Shown here: positions 25,897 to 32,000 of the stretch, piece after piece
Layout: every line of letters starts with the position of its first letter
Numbering within the stretch: position 1 is the first letter of the stretch
Assembly (NCBI GenBank): GCA_965224465.1
Contig: OZ245049.1
Span: forward strand, 5,070,001-5,102,000
Length of the DNA stretch: 32,000 nucleotides
From: Flavobacteriaceae bacterium
Lineage (GTDB): Bacteria > Bacteroidota > Bacteroidia > Flavobacteriales > Flavobacteriaceae
Reading direction: 5' to 3'
Program-made: the position numbers and the translations under genes
The notes under the pieces: generated by a model
Database searches by the model: none
What the model saw: only the letters and a program-made list of their open reading frames with translations
Told to the model about the DNA's origin: nothing

Positions 25897-26302
25897 ACAT
25901 CTATTTTAATTTAGACCTAATATAAATAGACTTATTTTAAATTGTTCTAAATAAAAATAGTGTTTTGTATGCAATCTATTGTTAGAGAATCGGTTGATTG
26001 TTTTGTGAGGTGAGTTCGATCCTTATTATTAGTAAATAATGCTTGTTTTTTTTCAAATTTAGACATTGTTTTGTGTAGAATCTCGAGTGTTTTCGGCGTT
26101 TCTATTGGGTTTGTTCGGTTTATAATTTACAAATAATGTTAAAATTTGGGCTGGTTTAGAGAAGATATGGGAAGTATGAATTTCTAAATTGATATTTAGA
26201 GTTAGTACTTCATGATATATTTAGTAATTTGCATGCGTATTGGGATGATTTCTCTCCCTAAGAAGGAATTGGAAACTATTATATTTAAAACGTATTTCTA
26301 CA

Positions 26303-27544
26303 ATGAGTACTAAACAATTATCAGCAGAACAAGCAATAGAATTAGAAAATAAGTATGGAGCCCACAATTACCATCCATTACCAGTGGTGTTAAGTAAGGG
26401 AGAAGGTGTATATGTTTGGGATGTTGAAGGAAAAAAATATTACGATTTTTTATCCGCATATTCTGCTATAAACCAAGGACATTGTCATCCGAAAATTGTT
26501 GCAGCATTAACTAAACAAGCGCAAACATTAACCTTAACTTCTAGAGCATTTTACAATGATGTTTTGGGAACATATGAAGAATATATAACCTCTTATTTCG
26601 GCTTTGATAAGGTACTACCTATGAATACTGGAGCTGAAGCCGTTGAGACTGCCATAAAATTATGTCGAAAATGGGCTTATGAAGTAAACGGGATTCAGGA
26701 AAACGAAGCCAAGATTATTGTATGTGAAAATAATTTTCATGGACGTACTACAACCATTATCTCTTTTTCAAACGATGAAGATGCTCGGAAAAACTTTGGA
26801 CCTTATACGCCAGGTTTTTTAAAAATCCCTTACGATAATATTGAAGCATTAGAGAAGATGTTACAATCGGAGAAAAATATTGCAGGATTTTTAGTGGAGC
26901 CTATTCAGGGTGAAGCAGGAGTTTATGTTCCAGCAGACGGGTACTTAAGCAAGGCAAAAGCATTGTGTGAAAAGTACAATGTATTGTTTATTGCAGACGA
27001 AGTTCAGACAGGAGTTGCAAGAACAGGGAAATTAATAGCAGTAAACCACGAAAACGTACAGCCAGATATTCTTATTTTAGGAAAAGCACTTTCTGGAGGC
27101 GTATATCCTGTGTCGGCTGTTTTGGCAGATGATGCTATAATGAATGTAATTAAACCAGGACAACACGGGTCTACTTTTGGAGGGAATCCTATTGCTGCTG
27201 TTGTGGCAATTGCTGCTTTGGACGTTGTTAAAGACGAAAAATTAGCTGAGAATGCTGAATATTTGGGACAAATTTTCAGAAAAGAAATAGGTGAATTTGC
27301 AAAAACATGTGATTTGGTTTCTTCTGTGAGAGGTAAAGGCTTGTTAAATGCTGTTTTAATAAATGATACAGAAGAGAGTTCTACTGCATGGGATCTATGT
27401 GTTAAATTAAAAGACAATGGTTTGTTAGCCAAACCAACGCATGGAAACATCATTCGATTTGCACCTCCGTTAGTGATGACCGAGAAACAATTGATGGAAT
27501 GTATTGCGATCATTAAAAAAACGATGTCCGAATTTAAAAAATAA
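26303..27544 (+). CDS. rocD: ornithine--oxo-acid aminotransferase
   Basis: 413-aa ORF. Contains [46 protein letters not shown]. Class-III PLP aminotransferase blocks are [14 protein letters not shown] and the PLP lysine in ILGKALSGG. Confidence 0.9.
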   Translation: MSTKQLSAEQAIELENKYGAHNYHPLPVVLSKGEGVYVWDVEGKKYYDFLSAYSAINQGHCHPKIVAALTKQAQTLTLTSRAFYNDVLGTYEEYITSYFGFDKVLPMNTGAEAVETAIKLCRKWAYEVNGIQENEAKIIVCENNFHGRTTTIISFSNDEDARKNFGPYTPGFLKIPYDNIEALEKMLQSEKNIAGFLVEPIQGEAGVYVPADGYLSKAKALCEKYNVLFIADEVQTGVARTGKLIAVNHENVQPDILILGKALSGGVYPVSAVLADDAIMNVIKPGQHGSTFGGNPIAAVVAIAALDVVKDEKLAENAEYLGQIFRKEIGEFAKTCDLVSSVRGKGLLNAVLINDTEESSTAWDLCVKLKDNGLLAKPTHGNIIRFAPPLVMTEKQLMECIAIIKKTMSEFKK

Positions 27545-27611
27545 TCATTCCTTATTCAGGGTTAAATTTAAAGAGTCCCTTCTTTAAACAGAAAAAATAT
27601 TCTGGAAGCAT

Positions 27612-27634
27612 AGCTCGTTCCTTTGGGACGAGCT
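27612..27634 (+). terminator. hairpin downstream of rocD (weak terminator candidate)
   Basis: AGCTCGTTCC-TTT-GGGACGAGCT. The 10-bp stem includes one G-U pair. The trailing sequence is only moderately T-rich. Confidence 0.4.
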
Positions 27635-27638
27635 TATT

Positions 27639-27794
27639 CCAATAATAATTCAAAATGACCTATATAAATAGTTCGTTTTATGTTCTAGCGTTGTTAAAAA
27701 CAGAACGATAGCCAAGGATATCCTTAGATTTCCCGCCTAGCTATAACTAAAAATAATTCCATTTCTAAACGCTCTCTTGAAAATGGATTTGGTG
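27639..27794 (-). repeat. intergenic repeat family, copy E (full length, about 156 bp)
   Basis: The reverse complement reads CACCAAATCCATTTTCAAGAGAGCGTTTAGAAATGGAATTATTTTT...TATCGTTCTGTTTTTAACAACGCTAGAACATAAAACGAACTATTTATATAGGTCATTTTGAATTATTATTGG. By eye it is about 80% identical to copy D. Confidence 0.7.
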
Positions 27795-27808
27795 TTATTT
27801 ATTGGCAT

Positions 27809-27840
27809 AAAAAAAGACTCGCAATTTGCGAGTCTTTTTT
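27809..27840. terminator. bidirectional rho-independent terminator (helicase / rocD convergent pair)
   Basis: AAAAAAA-GACTCGCA-ATT-TGCGAGTC-TTTTTT. An 8-bp stem lies 20 nt beyond the helicase stop. Confidence 0.75.
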
Positions 27841-27860
27841 ATATGTATAGTTAATAGAAA

Positions 27861-29687
27861 TTAGTCTCTACGACGTCTTCTACGAGAAAATTCTCTGTTA
27901 TCACCACCTTGATCTGAACGGTCTGAACGATCTCCACGGCTACGACCAAATTTTGCTCCAGCACCTCTATCGCTGTCGCTTCTTCGTCTGTCGCCTCCAC
28001 GATCTCTACCGCCATCTCTGCGTCCACGTTGTCTTCCGCCTCCGCCGCCACTACCGCCGCGACCAGATCTTTTCTTCTCTGTAATTTCTACGTTAACAGT
28101 GCGTCCGTTATAGTCTGCTTTGTCTTCTTGGAAAGAAGCCAATGTTTCTTGAGTAAATGATTTATCTACTTCGAAGAAAGAGAAAGAATCTAAAATCTCT
28201 ATTTGACCAATTTTAAGATTACTGGTAATTTTTTGATCGTTGATTAATCCAATTAAATTTGCAGGTCTTAAACCGTCTCTTCTACCAATATTGATAAAGA
28301 AACGAGACATATTTTCATCTACTTCACGTCTTCCTCTTTCTTCACGGTCACGCCCTGCAGATTCGTTATTTAAATCTGGTGCATTTTTGTAATAGTTTAA
28401 GAAGGTGTTGAATTCTAAAGAAACAAATCTCTTGATTAATTCATCACGATCCATGCCTTCCAGTTTTTCATTAATAGAAGGTAAGAATTCGTTTATTTGA
28501 GAGTTTTCAATATCAATATTTTGTACTTTATCAATCAATTTCATTAATTGAATTTGACAAATTTCCTCTCCTGTAGGTATTTTTCCTTCTTCGAATTTTC
28601 TACCAATTTTCTTTTCGATAGGGTATAGTTTTCCTTTTTCACGACGTGTTACTAAAGCTATAGAAATACCTTTTTTACCAGCACGTCCAGTTCTACCACT
28701 ACGGTGCGTATAAGATTCTATTTGGTCTGGTAATTTATGGTTGATTACGTGTGTAAGATCTGTTACATCTAATCCACGAGCAGCAACATCAGTTGCAACC
28801 AATAATTGTACATGTTTTTTTCTGAATTTTTGCATTACAGAATCACGTTGTGCTTGAGATAAATCTCCATGCAATGCTTCTGCGCTATATCCGTCCTTGA
28901 TTAATTTGTCTGCAACTTCCTGTGTTTCTCTACGCGTTCTACAGAAAATAATACTGTAGATATCAGGGTTGATATCAGCAATTCGTTTTAAGGCTAAATA
29001 ACGGGAACGATCGTTCACGATGTAATATTCGTGACTTACATTTTCAGTTCCTTTATTTTTTTCTCCTGAAGTGATTTCAACAGGATTGGTCATGTAGTTA
29101 CGCGCAATAGTTTCTACTTCTTTTGGGAAAGTAGCCGAAAACAATAAGGTTTGTTTAGAGTCTGGAGTTGCATCTAAAATTTTATCCAATTCATCTTTAA
29201 AGCCCATGTTTAACATCTCATCTGCTTCATCCAAGACTAACCATTGGATTTGACCTAGATTTAATGCTCTACGTTTGATTAAATCACAGGTTCTACCTGG
29301 AGTTCCTACAATTATTTGAGCACCTCGCTTTAACTGTCTGATTTGGTCTTCTATACTAGCTCCACCATATACTGTAGCTACTTTTACTCCTTTTTGGTAT
29401 TTAGCAAATTCTCTGATATTGTTTCCAATCTGAATCGCTAATTCACGTGTAGGTGATAAAATAATAGCTTGTGGTTGATTGCTTTGAGGATCCAATAATT
29501 GTAATATTGGCAAACTAAAAGCAGCAGTTTTTCCTGTACCTGTTTGTGCAAATGCTTTTAAATCATCCGTAGATTTTATAATCTGTGGAATAGCACTTGC
29601 TTGAATTTGTGTTGGTTCTTTGTAGCCTAAATCGGCAAGGGCATTTGCAATTTCATCATTGAGCCCTAATTCATTAAATATCGACAT
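27861..29687 (-). CDS. deaD: DEAD-box ATP-dependent RNA helicase (DeaD/CsdA-like) with DbpA-type RNA-binding domain and RG/RD-rich tail
   Basis: 608-aa ORF. Q-motif region, AQTGTGKT, PTRELA, VLDEADEML, SAT, HRSGRTGRAGKKG. The C-terminal tail begins at about residue 538 and reads RSGRGGSGGGGGRQRGRRDGGRDRGGDRRRSDSDRG...RRRRRRD. Confidence 0.9.
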   Translation of the reverse strand: MSIFNELGLNDEIANALADLGYKEPTQIQASAIPQIIKSTDDLKAFAQTGTGKTAAFSLPILQLLDPQSNQPQAIILSPTRELAIQIGNNIREFAKYQKGVKVATVYGGASIEDQIRQLKRGAQIIVGTPGRTCDLIKRRALNLGQIQWLVLDEADEMLNMGFKDELDKILDATPDSKQTLLFSATFPKEVETIARNYMTNPVEITSGEKNKGTENVSHEYYIVNDRSRYLALKRIADINPDIYSIIFCRTRRETQEVADKLIKDGYSAEALHGDLSQAQRDSVMQKFRKKHVQLLVATDVAARGLDVTDLTHVINHKLPDQIESYTHRSGRTGRAGKKGISIALVTRREKGKLYPIEKKIGRKFEEGKIPTGEEICQIQLMKLIDKVQNIDIENSQINEFLPSINEKLEGMDRDELIKRFVSLEFNTFLNYYKNAPDLNNESAGRDREERGRREVDENMSRFFINIGRRDGLRPANLIGLINDQKITSNLKIGQIEILDSFSFFEVDKSFTQETLASFQEDKADYNGRTVNVEITEKKRSGRGGSGGGGGRQRGRRDGGRDRGGDRRRSDSDRGAGAKFGRSRGDRSDRSDQGGDNREFSRRRRRRD

Positions 29688-29688
29688 T

Positions 29689-29732
29689 CTGTAAATTTAG
29701 TGATTTACAGACGTCCTGCGTTCCTGTAAATC
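29689..29732 (-). promoter_or_regulatory. helicase 5' leader with three elements capable of mutually exclusive hairpins
   Basis: The mRNA sense reads GAUUUACAG-(13 nt)-CUGUAAAUC-ACUAA-AUUUACAG-A-AUG. The middle element can pair with either the upstream copy (9 bp) or the downstream copy (8 bp, ending 1 nt before the start codon). Confidence 0.4.
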
Positions 29733-29744
29733 GGTTTCAGCGTG

Positions 29745-29752
29745 CAAATGTA
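29745..29752 (-). promoter_or_regulatory. candidate -7 box (TACATTTG on minus strand) for the helicase gene
   Basis: Matches TAnnTTTG 58 nt upstream of the ATG. It would place the transcription start just 5' of the three-element leader. Confidence 0.35.
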
Positions 29753-29783
29753 CAATATATTTTCTTATTCTAATGAAAGTATG

Positions 29784-31181
29784 TTATTTAATTAACGCAG
29801 CCATTTGTGGTGCAAAAAACTTAGAATTAAAATAAGCAAATCCATTTATTACTGTTCCTTTGTTATTGATAATGATACTTCTAGGAAAATTGCTTGAGAA
29901 ATATGAATGTGCAATTCCATTGGTAGGAATTCTGAATTGATAGCCTAAAGTTAATTTTTTTAACGCATGACTTACTTCAAAATCGGCATTTGTTTGAACA
30001 CCTACAAATAAAACATTCGGATATTTCTGTTTAAAATAGGCAAGTCGTTTTGCTAAATATTCGGGACTCATAAAATCCGTTGACCAAAAGTACAATACAG
30101 TAGATTTGTTTTTGATGATCGAAGCAATTGCAATCGTATCGTTATTGCTGTTTATTAAATCAAAAGACCGTAAGGATTTATTGTTTTGGATTAATTTACT
30201 TTCTTTTGCTAAAGTTGTTATTTCGTTCTTAAATGCTTGGTTATTACAGTTTTCATAGAATAATTTGAGATTTTTTTCTGAGAAAGAACAGGTGCTATTT
30301 CCTTTTAAAAAGTCACGGATTAAGACACTTTTAAGTAGTTTATCTTTAAAATCACTTCCATTTATGTGCTCAGAAATAACCTCTAGCATGTTAGTAGCTA
30401 GTACTTTGCATTCTTTGTTGTTTGCTGTTTTTGTGTATCCTGCATTGTATATATAATTAGTTACGTAGTTGGTGTAGGGGTAAAAAGATACGAGTGCACT
30501 GTCGTTTAAATTTACTGTAGGTCTATAGTCGTAAAAATGAGCGCTTACTTTTGGGAATTCTTTTAACTTATGCGCTAATTTATAAAAATAAGTATAGGCT
30601 TCTTTTCTGCGTAAAAAGGGATAGTAGACAGAGGCTTCTGCCAAATGCATAAACCCAGGGCTTATTAGTTCAACTGAATGTTTAAATTGATTCAGCGACA
30701 TTATTTTTAATAATTGTAAAGAATCCAGTTTCGATAAAAAACCAACTTCTTTAAGAGCGTAGTAACTTTCAATAATTTTTTCGGTATGTTCTATATTCAG
30801 TAAAGAGTTTACTAAAAATTCGTTTTTTTCGCTTCCACGACCACTAAAGACAAGGTTTTCATCAAAATCCCATGTATTCAAATGTACTAGAATACTGTCG
30901 TTTGGTTCCAAATACACGTATTGGAATTCAAATCCATGTTTAAAACTGTAAAGTCCCTCTTTTAAATTTTTAAATCTTTTTAGAAAAGTGTTTTTTTTAT
31001 CAAGTGGTATGGTGTCAATTGGTTTACCATCTTTTAGTAAGATGATAATATCGCCTTTAGGATTTGTAATGTTTCCTCCAAAATAAGTAAAAGTATCTTT
31101 ATTCTCACTAGAAGAACAGCTATATAACAGTGGGATTATAAGCATTGTAATGAGTATCGTATGATATTTCTGTGGGACCAA
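29784..31181 (-). CDS. lipoprotein with C-terminal thioredoxin-fold (TlpA/AhpC-like) domain lacking the CxxC motif
   Basis: 465-aa ORF. Lipobox LLYSC. The C-terminal 120 aa follow the TlpA layout (KSTVLYFWSTDFMSPEYLAKRLAYFKQKYPNVLFVGV...FPRSIIINNKGTVI). DFMSPE sits where WCxPC is expected. Confidence 0.55.
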   Translation of the reverse strand: MVPQKYHTILITMLIIPLLYSCSSSENKDTFTYFGGNITNPKGDIIILLKDGKPIDTIPLDKKNTFLKRFKNLKEGLYSFKHGFEFQYVYLEPNDSILVHLNTWDFDENLVFSGRGSEKNEFLVNSLLNIEHTEKIIESYYALKEVGFLSKLDSLQLLKIMSLNQFKHSVELISPGFMHLAEASVYYPFLRRKEAYTYFYKLAHKLKEFPKVSAHFYDYRPTVNLNDSALVSFYPYTNYVTNYIYNAGYTKTANNKECKVLATNMLEVISEHINGSDFKDKLLKSVLIRDFLKGNSTCSFSEKNLKLFYENCNNQAFKNEITTLAKESKLIQNNKSLRSFDLINSNNDTIAIASIIKNKSTVLYFWSTDFMSPEYLAKRLAYFKQKYPNVLFVGVQTNADFEVSHALKKLTLGYQFRIPTNGIAHSYFSSNFPRSIIINNKGTVINGFAYFNSKFFAPQMAALIK

Positions 31182-31250
31182 TTGTTTGCTGTTTTGTGTT
31201 CATACAAAAATACTTTGTTTTAGAGTGGATTGTTGTTAATGTGATGTTAA

Positions 31251-32000
<750 letters not shown>

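Noticed and set aside
26008-26024. tRNA-like T-arm sequence GAGTTCGATCC, possibly a tRNA gene or integration-site remnant
   Set aside because: I could find no matching 5-bp T-stem, acceptor stem or anticodon arm in the flanks, and there is no integrase nearby. It is most likely a chance match or a very degraded fragment.
27004-28051. 169-aa ORF antisense to rocD (27004..27513) and 66-aa acidic ORF antisense to the helicase tail (27851..28051)
   Set aside because: Both sit wholly inside strongly supported genes with clear catalytic motifs. The 66-aa ORF is simply the complement of the RG/RD codon repeats.
218-30456. Remaining short antisense ORFs in the track (218..409, 3843..4082, 5314..5595, 6938..7123, 7521..7838, 13290..13520, 15012..15269, 16258..16548, 17439..17627, 17677..17937, 22217..22420, 23200..23415, 24410..24619, 25446..25661, 30265..30456)
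   Set aside because: Each is nested inside a longer opposite-strand gene that has recognisable domains. Their Leu/Phe/Ser-rich composition is typical of antisense frames in AT-rich DNA.

Overview
This is an AT-rich chromosomal segment (about one-third G+C by eye) that looks like a Flavobacteriia/Bacteroidota genome. The signs are TonB-dependent receptors with carboxypeptidase-regulatory-like N-domains, many lipoproteins, TAnnTTTG-type -7 boxes in front of several genes, and few Shine-Dalgarno sites. I support about 37 protein genes, mostly on the minus strand, and most are housekeeping or metal/redox physiology. They are: a TonB receptor plus lipoprotein; a Cys-rich small protein / TonB receptor / secreted HMA-domain operon; adenosine deaminase; a Bcp-OxyR-Dps oxidative-stress neighbourhood; an acyltransferase; a NUDIX CoA pyrophosphatase; a nucleoside phosphorylase; a 2OG-oxygenase / two mini membrane proteins / SUI1 string; TIGR01212 radical SAM; RlmD; a five-gene iron-acquisition cluster (OM barrel, imelysin, di-haem DUF1111, FTR1 permease, cytochrome c); ornithine aminotransferase; a DEAD-box helicase with an RG-rich tail; a thioredoxin-fold lipoprotein; and a 3'-truncated ABC-F ATPase. 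I found no rRNA, tRNA, CRISPR array, transposase, integrase, phage gene or recognisable defence gene, so I cannot claim a clear-cut novel system. Five things deserve a second look. (1) A dispersed ~155-160 bp MITE-like intergenic repeat family has five copies, including internally deleted derivatives. (2) Two tandem paralogous mini-lipoprotein genes are missing from the ORF track and lie antisense to a listed ORF. (3) The metal operon carries vicinal-cysteine motifs in all three products. (4) The iron cluster looks like an EfeUOB analogue with a di-haem protein in place of the DyP peroxidase. (5) The helicase leader contains three elements that can form mutually exclusive hairpins. All hairpin, repeat and small-ORF coordinates were derived by hand from the printed sequence. 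All family assignments rest on motif recognition, not on database searches.
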